A stretch of 64,000 nt of DNA from an uncultured Actinomycetota bacterium. GTDB taxonomy: Bacteria > Actinomycetota > Coriobacteriia > Anaerosomatales > JAGXFU01. Shown here piece after piece: positions 1 to 10,981 of this stretch. The DNA lies in contig CAWBOJ010000007.1 of NCBI GenBank assembly GCA_963790405.1, positions 35,158 through 99,157 on the forward strand, given 5' to 3'. The position numbers and the translations under genes are program-made. Below the pieces are notes generated by a model, which did not search any database, was not told where the DNA came from, and saw only the letters and a program-made list of their open reading frames with translations. The number at the start of each line of letters is the position of its first letter. Position 1 is the first letter of the stretch.

Positions 1-498
1 TCATCGAGCAGCAACAAGCGTGGCTCGGACATGAGTGCCCGGCCGACAGCGAGCATCTGCTGCTCGCCACCGGAAAGCGTCTCCGCCGTTTGCCTCTCGC
101 GATCGCCAAGCACCGGAAACAACTCATACACGCGGGCCAAGCTCTCGCGCACACCGGTCTTTCGGCTGTACGCCCCGAGCTCGAGGTTCTCGGCCACGGA
201 CATCGATCCGAACAGCATGCGCCCTTCCGGCACCAGCGCCACACCCTGTCCCACGGCGCGCTCAGGCGTCATATGCGCTGCATCGACACCTTCGATGGCT
301 ACGGCACCGCCCCATGGCTTCAGCAGCCCTACGATGGTCTTGAGCAGCGTCGACTTTCCCGCGCCGTTGGCACCGATGATCGTCACAAGCTCGCCGGCAT
401 CCACCTGCAGATTCGACGTCACGCAAGACGCGCACGTGACCGTAGCCTGTGGTGAGACTCTCGACACTTAACACATGTTCTGAGGCGCGCTCAGACAT
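1..498 (-). pseudogene. livF: Branched-chain amino-acid ABC transporter ATP-binding protein (LivF-like). The 3' end runs off the window and there is one frameshift near 405.
   Basis: The N-terminus MSERASEHVLSVESLTTGYGHVRVLRDV lies in ORF 262..588. After a 1-nt shift the reverse strand reads [18 protein letters not shown]...[26 protein letters not shown] (Walker A and ABC signature). The ATG overlaps the livG stop (ATGTCTGA). Confidence 0.8.
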
Positions 499-1269
499 CT
501 TCGGGCGCCTCCTCTTCGCCGAGATAGGCCTTGATGACCTCGGGGTCCTTCTGGATGAGCGAGCGGCGGTCCTTCGGCGATCCTGCATCCGCGATCGAGC
601 ACCACTATCTCATCCGAGACCTCCATCACGAGTCCCATGTCGTGCTCGACAACCACCAGGGTGACGCCGTGATCGCGAATCCGGTAGAGCGCCTGCGCCA
701 AAGCCTCCGTCTCCGAGTTGTTGAGACCCGCTGCCGGCTCATCAAGCAGCATCAACCGAGGTCGCGTGGCAAGACCGCGCGCGATCTCGAGCAGACGCCG
801 CAGCCCGTGCGGCATGTCGGCAGCCGGAGTGTCGCGCCACTTGTCGAGCCCGACGAGGCGCAGCAGACGATCGGCCTCCTCGGCCGACAGACGCTCCTCC
901 TTCAACGTCCACGGAAGTCGCACCGCTGCGGCCACAAAACCCGCATGCGTTGTAGCGTGCGTCCCGACCATGACGTTCTCGTGCGCTGTCATCTCCTCGA
1001 ACAGCTGCGTGTTTTGGAATGTCCGCGCGACACCCGCACGAACGACACGGTCGGGTCGCTGCACCGATCAGATTCGTCCCGTCGAAACTGACGCTGCCTG
1101 CATCGGGACGATCGAACCCGGTCAGGCAGTTGAAAAGCGTCGACTTGCCCGCACCGTTCGGACCGATCACGGCCTTGATCTCGCCCTCGTGGACATCGAA
1201 CGACACGTCGTCGACTGCGACAAGTCCGCCGAAACGCCGGGTGATATCGCGCACCTCCAGCAGGTTCAC
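491..1269 (-). pseudogene. livG: Branched-chain amino-acid ABC transporter ATP-binding protein (LivG-like), frameshifted.
   Basis: ORF 742..1269 ([42 protein letters not shown]) and ORF 468..1064 (..[24 protein letters not shown]) are the two halves of one ATPase. Frame breaks lie near 1062 and 570. The hand-read C-terminus KDPEVIKAYLGEEEAPEDV* ends at 491. Confidence 0.85.
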
Positions 1270-2331
1270 GCGACATCACCTCCCCCACTCTCGGCGTCCG
1301 ATCTCAAGCGACCGCGGCCGAGTCGGTCGAGCAGACGTCGACCACTTCCGGAGATGCCGTCGGGCAGAAACAGCATCACAAGGATGATTACCAGGGCGTA
1401 GACGTCGGCTTCCCAATCCTGGACGATTGTCAGAGCGTCTCGCGATAGCCCGGGAAGCACGATGTCGGGATACGACACCATCGTCAGAAGCGCCGCAGCA
1501 AGCGCAGGTCCTACCAGCGAGCGTGTCCCGCCGAGAATCGCCATCGCCAACAAGAATCACCGACAGGTGCAGCGAGAAGGTCGATGGCGACACGAAGCCC
1601 ACGGTGCTCGCGTAGAGCGAGCCGGCGATTCCCGCGAAGACGGCCGAGATCGTGAAGACGCGCACCTTCAACCCGGTAAGATCGACACCGGAAGCCAGCG
1701 CACCCATCTCCGAGCCGTGCAGCGCAAGCATGGAACGACCCGGGCGACCCGACACGATGTTGCGAGAAATCAGTATCGCGACCGCCGCCGCAACCCAGAC
1801 CAGCCAGTAGATGCTGCTGCGGCGTGTCGAATCTCAGCGAACCGATCGATGCAAACGGGATGCCCGAGAAGCCGTCGGGGCCCCCGGTGATCGCCGGAAA
1901 ACTCGACGAATGCGATATGCATGATCTCACCGAAACCGAGCGTGGCCATCGCCAGATAGTGCCCCTTGAGGCGCAGGCTCGGCACCGCCAGCGCCACACC
2001 GCCAAGTGCCGTGACCACGATCGCGGCTCCTAGACCGACCAGCCACGGGTAGCCGAGCGTCGCCGTCACGTACGCCGACGACGTACGCGCCGAGACCGTA
2101 GAACCCGGCATGTCCCAGCGAGACCTGCCCGGCGTATCCGAACAGCAGCGCCAGCCCAGTGACTATCAGCACGTTGATGCCCACGAACGTCAGGATCTTC
2201 AGCACGTAGCGCGCATCGGTACCCGTGACAAGCAGCGGCATGATTGCCACGACCACGGCAGCCGCCAGCGTCAGGCCAGCGCCCACTCTACGGTTCGTTT
2301 CTCGGCGTGTCGTGGCTTTGGCCACCGTCAC
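1266..2331 (-). pseudogene. livM: Branched-chain amino-acid ABC transporter permease (LivM-like), with at least 4 frame changes.
   Basis: Fragments 1266..1553, 1276..1755, 1511..2005, 1770..2111 and the tail of 1927..3207 tile one permease (..GHAGFYGLGAY.., ..FTISAVFAGIAGSLYASTVGFVSP..). The GTG start overlaps the livH stop (GTGA), and the stop overlaps the livG ATG. Confidence 0.8.
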
Positions 2332-3207
2332 ACCTTCTCCCGACGGCGGCCGCCGAACAGTCCCTGGGGTCGCACGAACAGCACGAGCAACAGCACCAGA
2401 AGCGAGATCGCGTCTTTGTACGTCGAGGAGATGAAGGCGACCGAGAGGCTCTCGATCAGCCCGAGCATCAAACCTCCAAGTACCGCGGCGAACGGATTGC
2501 CGAGCCCGCCAAGAATCGCCGCGGCAAACCCCTTCACCCCGTACCTCGGACCGACATCGAACGCCGTCTGCGTGAGAGGCGTCGTCGCAAGTCCCGCAAG
2601 TCCGCCGAGTGCGGCAGCCAAGGCAAACGACACCGTGACCATGATCTTGGGATCGATACCCACGAGTCTGCGCGGCTGAACGATCGATCGCGCACGCGCG
2701 CATCGCTTTGCCGAAGCGGGTGCGCGAGTACATGAGCGTGAGCAGTCCCACCGCAATCGCTGCAATCCCGAAGATCCACAGCGACTGGCGCTCCAACGAC
2801 GCACCAAGGATTCGGATCGAGCCTTCGCTGAACCGGGGCAGCGATTTCTCGGTCGGCCCGAACACATGGCGAGCTAGCGACGAGAGCAGCATCGAACCGC
2901 CAACCGTGATGATGATGAGCGCGAGCGGATCCCCGTCTTTGCGCGGGCGGATTGCGAGCAGCTCGAACGCTATGCCGATGGCCGCCGTCGCAAGCACTCC
3001 CACGAGTCCGGCCAGCGGCAACGACAGACCGAGCGTGGTGTACGCCCACACCGACAGCATGCCCCCGAGCATGACGAACTCGCCTTGCGCGAAGTTGATC
3101 ACGCCGGTAGACGCATAGACGATCGTGAACCCGAGTGCGACAAGCGCGTAGATCGAGCCGTTCTTCAGGCCCGCCAGCGCGAATTGCAGCAGCTCAGGCG
3201 CACCCAC
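2328..3207 (-). pseudogene. livH: Branched-chain amino-acid ABC transporter permease (LivH-like), with one frame change near 2680.
   Basis: The N-terminal part is in ORF 1927..3207 (MGAPELLQFALAGLKNGSIYALVALGFTIVYASTGVINFAQGEF..). The C-terminal part is in ORF 2328..2867 (..GVKGFAAAILGGLGNPFAAVLGGLMLG..). Confidence 0.85.
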
Positions 3208-3210
3208 GTA

Positions 3211-4424
3211 CTACTGTACCTCCTCGGCAAGCGTCCACTCGCCGCCCACGATCCGATACATGACCAGGTCATCCTCGGTCAGCCCGTTGTGGTCGTCTGC
3301 CGAGAAGTTGAACGTCCCGCCGATACCGATGAATCCGCTGGTCTTCTCGATCTCATCACGCAGAGCTACCGGGTCGATGTCGCCTTCGGGCATGCGCTCG
3401 AGCGCATCGACCACGATGTGCAGCGCATCGTACGCGTGACCCGCGAAGATATCGGGCTTGGAGCCGTACTCGGCCTCGTAGCGCGTGATGAAGTCGGTCG
3501 CCACGTCTGTAGGCCTCGGTGTCCTCGCCGTAGCTCTCGGGCAGCAGGATCCGACCTGCCGAGAACTCGAAGCCCTCGGCCGCATCTCCGGCACCCTCGA
3601 TCAGCTCGACGCGCGCGTTGCCGGGAGCGCCGATGATGGCCGGGCACGGCGCGTCGAGCTTGTAGTCGACTACCGATCAGATCGTTCCAGTTCTGCAACA
3701 CCGTCGCGGCTTCGCTGCCGGCGCCCCACAACCAGATCGTGTCCGCGCCGGCTGTGCGGATCTTGGTGAGCTGCGCCGTCATGTCGGCGTCACCGGCGTT
3801 GTAGGTCTCCTCGGCAACTATCTCGATGCCGTAGTCGCCGTCATCTCCTTGGTCACCGCGATGCCGTCCGCACCGTACCCGCCGGAATCGGAGAGCAGCG
3901 CGATCTTTCGTGACACCCAGATCTTGCAGATACGCCGCGGTGAACGGAACCACCAAGCGGTTCGGCCACGGTGTCTGGAATACCCACTCGCTGAACTCGT
4001 CGGTGATCACACTGCCACCGGCCATAGACACTTGCGCCACCTGGGAGCGCTCGATGTCTCCACGCATGCCCATCGTCTGCCCGGTGCCCGTTGCGCCCAG
4101 GATGGCGACGACGCCCTCCTGGTCGACAAGCTTGGTCACCGCAGCCTGGGCGTTGGCAGCGTCGGTTCCGTCGTCTTCGATCACGACCTCGATCTGACGA
4201 CCGTTGACGCCGCCCTCTTCGTTGATCTTCGCCACTTCAAGATCGATGGCGTTTCTCTCCGGAGTGCCAAGACCAGCGTAGCTGCCGGTCAGCGACACTA
4301 CCGCGCCGATACGGATCGGCTCCGCATCGGTCTCAGACGACGAGGAGTCGCCCGAGGCACATCCAGCCAATACCGTTGTGGCCAACATCATCGCGACCAC
4401 AGCAACACTCAGCGTGCGACGCAT
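3211..4424 (-). pseudogene. Branched-chain amino-acid ABC transporter substrate-binding lipoprotein, frameshifted paralogue of the next gene.
   Basis: ORF 3366..4487 holds MRRTLSVAVVAMMLATTVLAGC (lipobox) ..IRIGAVVSLTGSYAGLGTPERNAIDLEVAKINEEGGVNGRQIEVVIEDDG. The C-terminus is in ORF 3211..3594 (..FSADDHNGLTEDDLVMYRIVGGEWTLAEEVQ). At least 3 frame changes lie between the two. Confidence 0.8.
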
Positions 4425-4464
4425 CACTCGAGCGACCCCCTTGTCGTCCCGTATGAGTACAAGC

Positions 4465-5667
4465 CTACTCGGCGAGCACCCACACACCGTCTTTGATTTC
4501 GTACATCACGAGATCGTTCTCTGACATACCATTATGATCGTCCGCCGAATAGCTGAACGTTCCGCCGATACCGACGAAACCATCAGTGGCCTCGATAGCA
4601 TCGCGCAGTTCGGCCGACGTGAAGCCCTCGTCGAGCGTCTTCATCGCGTTCACGATGATATGCAGTGCATCGTAGGCGTGGCCCGCGAACGTGTCGGGAG
4701 CCTTGCCGTACTTCTCGGTGTAGCGATCGATGAAGTCCGTAGCGACTGTGTACTCCTCGGTGTCCTCACCGTAGGTCTCAGGGAGGAGAATCTTGCCAGC
4801 AGCGAACTTGAAGCCCTCGGCAGCGTCGCCGGCACCCTCAGCAAACTCGGTGCGCGCGTTGCCGTGGGTCCCGAACAGAGGGATCGTCAAACCCAGATCC
4901 TTCATGTTCGTTGCGACAATCGAGGCCTCCTTGCCTGCCGTACACATGACGACGGCCTCTGCACCCGCACTCTGGATCTTCGTGAGCTGAACGCTCATGT
5001 CGGTATCCCCGGGGTTGAACGACTCGGTTGCAACAACCTCTAGCCCGGCACCTGGCGCTTCGGCTGCCATGACGGCCGCGCCGTCGGCACCAAATCCGCC
5101 ACTGTCGGCGATGATACCGATCTTCGTGATGCCCTGATCCGCGATATAGGCAAATTCGAACGGTATCACGAGAGCGTTCGACCACGGCGTCTGGAAGACC
5201 AGCGGATCGAACTCGGCTGTGATGACCGTACCACCGGCTACAGAGACCTGCGGGATGCCCGCACGGTCAATCTCCTGGCGCATGCCCATCGTGCCACCAG
5301 TACCTGTCGCTCCGATGATGGCCAGGACACCGTCCTTGTCGATCAGGCTGGTCGTGACTGTGACCGCCTGCTCGGCCTCCGTCGCGTCATCTTCGATGAT
5401 GACCTCGATATGGTGACCATTGACGCCCCCAGCGTCGTTGATCGCCTCTACTTCCATTTCGATCGTGTTCTTCTCCGGCTCACCCAAACCCGCGTACGTG
5501 CCGCTCAGCGACAGTACCGCCCCGATGCGGTAGGGTTCCTTCACCTCTTCCGCACTAGTGTCACCGCTTGTCCCGTCACTGTCGGATGACGTGCATCCGG
5601 CCAGTGGCACGATGGCGAGTGCGAGAATGAGGGCCAGTGCGAGCAGAACTCTTGACGCTGCTCTCAT
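4465..5667 (-). CDS. Branched-chain amino-acid ABC transporter substrate-binding lipoprotein (LivJ/K-like), intact.
   Basis: 400-aa ORF with signal peptide and lipobox LAGC. YRIGAVLSLSGTYAGLGEPEKNTIEMEVEAINDAGGVNGHHIEVIIEDD is colinear with the upstream paralogue. An SD (GGGAGGTAGGGAG) precedes the ATG. Confidence 0.9.
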   Translation of the reverse strand: MRAASRVLLALALILALAIVPLAGCTSSDSDGTSGDTSAEEVKEPYRIGAVLSLSGTYAGLGEPEKNTIEMEVEAINDAGGVNGHHIEVIIEDDATEAEQAVTVTTSLIDKDGVLAIIGATGTGGTMGMRQEIDRAGIPQVSVAGGTVITAEFDPLVFQTPWSNALVIPFEFAYIADQGITKIGIIADSGGFGADGAAVMAAEAPGAGLEVVATESFNPGDTDMSVQLTKIQSAGAEAVVMCTAGKEASIVATNMKDLGLTIPLFGTHGNARTEFAEGAGDAAEGFKFAAGKILLPETYGEDTEEYTVATDFIDRYTEKYGKAPDTFAGHAYDALHIIVNAMKTLDEGFTSAELRDAIEATDGFVGIGGTFSYSADDHNGMSENDLVMYEIKDGVWVLAE

Positions 5668-5718
5668 GACTCCCTACCTCCCTGATGTTGACTCCGCCAA
5701 TACTATTGGATACCGACC

Positions 5719-6138
5719 CTACTGCAGGCCGGCTATCTCCTCATGTGAGACCAACTGCACCGGCTGGTCCTCGAGCAATCGTAGTGCGCGGTCCACGTCC
5801 CCGACGTTGATGACGACGTAGGTCGAGACCAGCGAGTACACGTATTCGATGTTCACGCCGGCACTCGAAACGACTCTCAGAACCTTCGCAAGCGCTCCAG
5901 GAGCGTCATCGAGTTTGATGCAGATGACCTCGGATTCCTTGACGGTGAACCCCGCGTCTCTCAGTGCGGCGAGCCCCTCGACGGGCTTGTCGACCACCAG
6001 CCTGAGAATCCCGTACTCGGCAGTATCCGAGACTGAGAACCCCCGGATGTTCACACCGCTCGCGCCCAGGATCTCGGTCACCTCGCTGACGCGGCCCGCC
6101 TTGTTCTCGATGAACACTGACAGCTGGTGGACCTTCAT
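5719..6138 (-). CDS. Tandem-ACT-domain protein.
   Basis: MKVHQLSVFIENKAGRVSEVTEILGASGVNIRGFSV.. plus a second ACT-like half ..DDAPGALAKVLRVVSSAGVNIEYVY. The ATG at 6138 overlaps the iorB stop (ATGA), with GAGGGGGAG 9 nt upstream. Confidence 0.8.
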   Translation of the reverse strand: MKVHQLSVFIENKAGRVSEVTEILGASGVNIRGFSVSDTAEYGILRLVVDKPVEGLAALRDAGFTVKESEVICIKLDDAPGALAKVLRVVSSAGVNIEYVYSLVSTYVVINVGDVDRALRLLEDQPVQLVSHEEIAGLQ

Positions 6139-6726
6139 CGCATGCACTCCCCCTCAAGACACGCTCGTCGCCCCAACTCGAATGCGCGTAGGTTCACATC
6201 CACCGTCTTGGCTGGCACGCGCGCGCCTATTGTCTCCTGCCACAGCTCTTCCGGGAAACCCAGACCCGTGGACAGAGCACCCAGGAGCACTACGTTTGCG
6301 GACTTGGGGCTTCCGGCCTCACACGCGAGCTCCTCGGCGTCGAGAAAGATCGCACCCTCGACAGCCAGAGCCGCTTCGAGGCCATCGGGGCGCTCGGCCG
6401 CGCCGATCAGCACGGGCAGCGGGTCTATCACCCGTGTGTTCACGAGCAGCCGGCCCTCGGGCTTGACCCATTGAAGCTTACGCGCAGCCTCCATCAGCTC
6501 GAATGCGACCAGATGATCCGCACGACCCAGATCGGTAAGCGGTGAGATAGATCTTCTCGCCGAAGCGAACCACCGTGTCCACCGACCCACCACGTTGCGC
6601 CATGCCGTGAACTTCGGAAAGCTTCACATCCAGTCCGGCAGCCACGGCTACCTTGGCGAGCACGTCAGCGGCGAGGATGGTGCCTTGCCCCCCTACCCCG
6701 GTGAGCATGACCGTCGTAGGCTCCAT
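6135..6726 (-). pseudogene. iorB: Indolepyruvate:ferredoxin oxidoreductase beta subunit, with one frame change near 6540.
   Basis: MEPTTVMLTGVGGQGTILAADVLAKVAVAAGLDVKLSEVHGMAQRGGSV lies in ORF 6478..6813. The remainder, ..ADHLVAFELMEAARKLQWVKPEGRLLVN.., lies in ORF 6135..6593. The start overlaps the iorA stop. Confidence 0.85.
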
Positions 6727-8477
6727 CACACGCCTCCGATGTCGCAGGCAGGACCCGCCGGTTCGATCGCGTCGAACTTGCACACGCTCACGCACTGTTC
6801 GCATCCTACGCACAGCGTCATGTCGATAGTGGCCTTGTCACCTTCGACAAGACTAATCGCGGGGCAACCGAGCTTGATGCACGCGCCGCACGCGGTGCAA
6901 GAATCATCGTTGACGGCAAACGGCTGCTCCTTCTCGCGGATCAGAAGCGCGCATGGCGCCTTGCTCACCACGACCGACAGCCCCTCGCGCTTCACCTCTT
7001 CGCGCAGCACAGCCCGCGTCGCAGCTATGTCATGGGGGTCGACAGTGCGCACGGTGTCGATGCCCAGTGCGTCACACAGCTTCTCGACGTCGACCTCCGT
7101 TGACTGTTCGCCCATCAGCGTGCGTCCCATGAGAGGATTGCCCTGGTGGCCGGTCATTGCGGTGATGCGATTGTCCAAGATGATCGCAACTCCCGAACCA
7201 CCGTTGTATGCGATATTCGCCAGACCCGTGATCCCGCTGTGCGCGAAGGTCGAGTCGCCGATGACACAGACGACGGGACGGTCTTTCACTCCTCCGGCGA
7301 GGTTCGCACCGTGCATCATTCCAATGCTCGCACCCATGCACACGCACGAGTCCATCTGTGCCAGCGGAGGCAGCGCCCCGAGCGTGTAGCACCCGATATC
7401 CCCCGTCACGACAGCATTTACGGAACGCAACGCGTAGTACAGTCCTCTGTGAGGACACCCGGGACACATGAGCGGGGGCCTGCCGGGCAGACCCTCGACC
7501 GCATTGCGTAGCACCGGACCGGAGACCCCAAAGGCACGACCGACCGTGTCGGGAGACAGTTCTCCGTCCGCCGGCAGCGCTACATCGTCAATCTCGACAC
7601 CGAGCGCCGCGATATGGGTGCGCAGGTAGCGGTCTGCTTCCTCGACCACGGCTACTCGATCGACCTGTTTCGCAAACGCACGTATCGCGTCATCAGGCAG
7701 CGGGAATGACAGCCCGATCTTCAGTATCGAGGCCTCGGGCAGTGCCTCCCTCACGTAGTTGTAAGAGATCCCGGACGTGATCACCCCGAGTTCGCGCGAC
7801 CGCACTTCAACGCGATTCGGCGCGTTGTCCACGGCCCACGCCGCAACCTCCCGCACCCGCCGATCAAGATCGACTCGCCGCACGCGAGCGTTGCCCGGCA
7901 TCATCACCCACTTGGAAACGTCCGACTCAAACGGCACCGAATCCACCGTTTGGCGCTCGCCAACCTCGACCAAACCTTTCGAGTGAGAGATGCGCGTCGT
8001 AGAACGAACGATGACGGGTAGATCGGATTTCTCCGAAAGCTCGAACGCGAGCTTCGTGAATTCCAAGGCTTCCGTTGAGTCCGAAGGCTCCAGGATCGGA
8101 ATGCGCGCAAAGGGGCCCCAGTTGCGCGAGTCTTGCTCGTTTTGCGACGAGTGCATCCCGGGGTCGTCTGCCACCAGGATCACGAGCCCGCCCCCTACCC
8201 CGGTGTACGCGAGAGTGAACAGGGGGTCAGCCGCGACGTTCACGCCCACATGCTTCATCGTGACCAACACGCGAGCACCGACCATGCTCGCGCCTGCAGC
8301 TACCTCGAGGGCGACCTTTTCGTTGGGAGCCCATTCGGCGTGCACGTCAGGGAGTTTGACGAAGCGTTCGAGAGTCTCGGTCGATGGCGTTCCGGGATAG
8401 CCCACGCCAAGTACGGCGCCCGCTTCCCACGCACCGCGAGCGACCGCTTCGTTACCGGAAAGGAGCGTACGCGCCAC
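6726..8477 (-). CDS. iorA: Indolepyruvate:ferredoxin oxidoreductase alpha subunit.
   Basis: Intact 583-aa ORF with TPP-type motifs GDIGCYTLG and GDSTFAHSG. The C-terminus carries two 4Fe-4S clusters (CTACGACIKLGCP, CVGCEQCVSVCKFDAI). Confidence 0.9.
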   Translation of the reverse strand: MARTLLSGNEAVARGAWEAGAVLGVGYPGTPSTETLERFVKLPDVHAEWAPNEKVALEVAAGASMVGARVLVTMKHVGVNVAADPLFTLAYTGVGGGLVILVADDPGMHSSQNEQDSRNWGPFARIPILEPSDSTEALEFTKLAFELSEKSDLPVIVRSTTRISHSKGLVEVGERQTVDSVPFESDVSKWVMMPGNARVRRVDLDRRVREVAAWAVDNAPNRVEVRSRELGVITSGISYNYVREALPEASILKIGLSFPLPDDAIRAFAKQVDRVAVVEEADRYLRTHIAALGVEIDDVALPADGELSPDTVGRAFGVSGPVLRNAVEGLPGRPPLMCPGCPHRGLYYALRSVNAVVTGDIGCYTLGALPPLAQMDSCVCMGASIGMMHGANLAGGVKDRPVVCVIGDSTFAHSGITGLANIAYNGGSGVAIILDNRITAMTGHQGNPLMGRTLMGEQSTEVDVEKLCDALGIDTVRTVDPHDIAATRAVLREEVKREGLSVVVSKAPCALLIREKEQPFAVNDDSCTACGACIKLGCPAISLVEGDKATIDMTLCVGCEQCVSVCKFDAIEPAGPACDIGGV

Positions 8478-8607
8478 TCGTCGCCTTCCGTGCCCGCTCG
8501 GTCAGGAATGGACGCATGATACCACAGAGAAACCGCAGAAAGAGCGCGTAATCCTGCCAGCGGCACTCATGGAAGCGTGTACGGCACAACGCTCAAGGGC
8601 TGCCCCG

Positions 8608-9776
8608 TCAGAAGCGTGAAGCTCCCACGTAATCACCGCTACTGTTGATGCGATCGATCAGAGAGTCGACTCGCACGGTCGCTCCGGTGTAGGGCGCGTG
8701 CAAGAAGTTGCCTGATCCGGCGTAGATACCTACATGGTGCACCATGTTCGGATCGCCGCCGTAGCCGAAGAACACGAGGTCGCCCTCGACCAGGACATCC
8801 AGCCGATCGGCGGGGATATGCGCGCCAGAACGGAACTGCGACCGGCTCGAGCGCGGGATCGCGATACCGATTTGCGCATACACGTACTGTGTCAGGCCGG
8901 AACAATCGAACCCGCTCGGCGACGATCCGCCCCATACATACGGAACGCCGATGTAGGCCAGCCCTGCGTTCAGGGCTTCAGGGTGCCCGGGACCGAGCGA
9001 TCCGATGTCTACGGGCGTGGGAGGCGAGTTCGCCCCGGAAGTAGTCGCGCTTGAGGCCGTGCGCTGTGCGGCCTCGGCAGCCAGCCGCGCGGCCTCGGCG
9101 GCCTGACGAGCCCGTTCCTCGGCAAGAAGCCTTTGACGCTCCTCTTCCTCCGCAATCAGACCCGAGACCTCTTCGTTGAGACCCGAAACGTAGGATTCCT
9201 GCGTCGCCACTGCATCTTCCATCTGGGCCTTCTTCACCTTGGCCTCGGCTCGCAGTTGCGCCTGCTCTTCCTCGCGACGCTCGAGAGCGTGCTCGGTCTT
9301 CTGCACCTCGGCACGCGCATCTTTGACACCCGCTATCAGCGACGCGTCGTTGCGACCGATTCGACTGAGCCACTCCATGCGAGTCAGGAAGTCTTGGAAC
9401 GACGTCGTGCCGAGGAGAACCTCAAGAATCGTCGACGTTTCCATTGCGGTAGATGCCCTCGGCCCGCTGTTCCAGAAGATCGGTCGCTGCCGAGAGCTGA
9501 GCATCCGCCTTGCTCCAACTCGACTCGCGTCTGGGCGATCTCGTCGCGCGTCTGTTGCAGTTCGTCGGTGATCGCGTAGTACTCCTCGGTCCGCAGCTCG
9601 AGCTGAGTCGCCAGACCCTGGAGTTCTGCTTGAGCAGCCGCAGCTTCTGCCTGTTTCGCCTCGATTTCGGGCGTTGACGGCGCGCCGAAAACGGCAATCG
9701 GAGTGCGAGCACAAGGATGGCGACGGTCAGTACCGTCGCGGCGAGACGCCTCGATCTGCGTCGTATGGAGCTTCAC
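8608..9776 (-). pseudogene. Secreted coiled-coil NlpC/P60 (C40) peptidoglycan endopeptidase (RipA-like architecture), frameshifted.
   Basis: C-terminal domain: GFDCSGLTQYVYAQIGIAIPRSSRSQF..VHHVGIYAGSGNFLHAP. Long Ala/Glu/Gln coiled coil. The N-terminus (GTG at 9776 after GGAGG) is in ORF 9384..9917. The signal-peptide-like RRLAATVLTVAILVLAL is readable only in a shifted frame. Confidence 0.8.
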
Positions 9777-9881
9777 ACTACCTCCGGCTGCGTCGTATGG
9801 TGCGTACGAGGATGCGGCTCCTGCCGGTCGAAACACCGGGTAGATGATACCATAGATACGGCATCGCCCCTGTTCGGAGCA

Positions 9882-10974
9882 GTGACTCCAAGAGCGGGAA
9901 CGGACGCGGATGCGCACACCGATATCGCAGCATCGATCACACTACTGGTCGCCATCACGCTCGTCGTCGGCGTGGTTCCGGGCGTGCAGCTGCTCCCTCT
10001 CGGTCGATCCGCAGCTCGACTCCGACCTTGACGCAGCCCGCGACCGAGCACTCGAACTCGAGGCGCAGATCGAGGAGCTTCGCGGCGAACGCATCGCGCT
10101 CGAAGAGCGGATCAGACGTCACAAACCAGCGAATCTTCAAACAGCAAGAGCTCCTCGCCGGAGTGCGCGCGAGATCTCTCCGAAGCCCGAGCAGCCTACA
10201 GGGCTCGTATCGTACGTATCTACAAGGCAAGGATCGTCGACCCGATCAGCGATCCTGCTCAACGCACGACTCAATTTCGGACCTCTACGCTCGGGCAATG
10301 ATGCTTTCTCGAATCTCCGCGCGAGACAAGGCTGCCTACAACGACGCCTCGATCGCGACCCACGAAGCCGAGTACCAGGCGACGGTCTTGGACGATTTCA
10401 AGCGCCAGGATGTCGAGCTGCGGCAGATCCAGACCAACAGCATGCGCCGCTTGATACGGCTCTCGTCGAGCAAAACGCGCTCATAGCCAAGCTCACAGAC
10501 CAAGCCCGCGCTCAGACTCGTCGCCGTACAGACCCAAAACACGCTCTCGCGACAGCAGTGGCAAGACAGCTCGATTCCCGTGGGCGGATCGATCGAGACC
10601 ACGCAGGCCGTCGTTGAACCATACCTCGACCGCACCTACACCGTAGCGGCCCACCAGCCGAAACGATACCGGCAGCACCTCAGAGCCGAAGACGATGGTG
10701 TGCTCATGGTATGGCAATGAGTTCAACGGACGCCCCACCGCATCGGGTCAGATCTTCAACGAAGAAGACCTGACGTGCGCATCTCGTACACTGCCGTTCG
10801 GGACTCGACTCGCGTTCACGCCGAGGCGCTCTTAGAATCGTGGTCGTCGTGAACGACCGGGGGCCGTTCATCGTCAGGTCGCGATCTCGACCTTTCAAGG
10901 CAGCGGCCCGCCTGCTCGGGCTTTAGCGGCGTCGAACCGGTACAGCGGAGTTCGTCGAAGCACGTGCGCAGTAG
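9882..10974 (+). pseudogene. Membrane-anchored coiled-coil protein with a C-terminal RlpA-like double-psi beta-barrel domain, with multiple frame changes.
   Basis: A TM-like ITLLVAITLVVGVVPGV is followed by the coiled coil DAARDRALELEAQIEELRGERIALEERI. Hand translation of 10700-10970 gives SWYGNEFNGRPTASGQIFNEEDLTCASRTLPFGTRL..VVVVNDRGPF..DLS..AA. Start and end are approximate. Confidence 0.6.
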
Positions 10975-10981
10975 ACACCCG

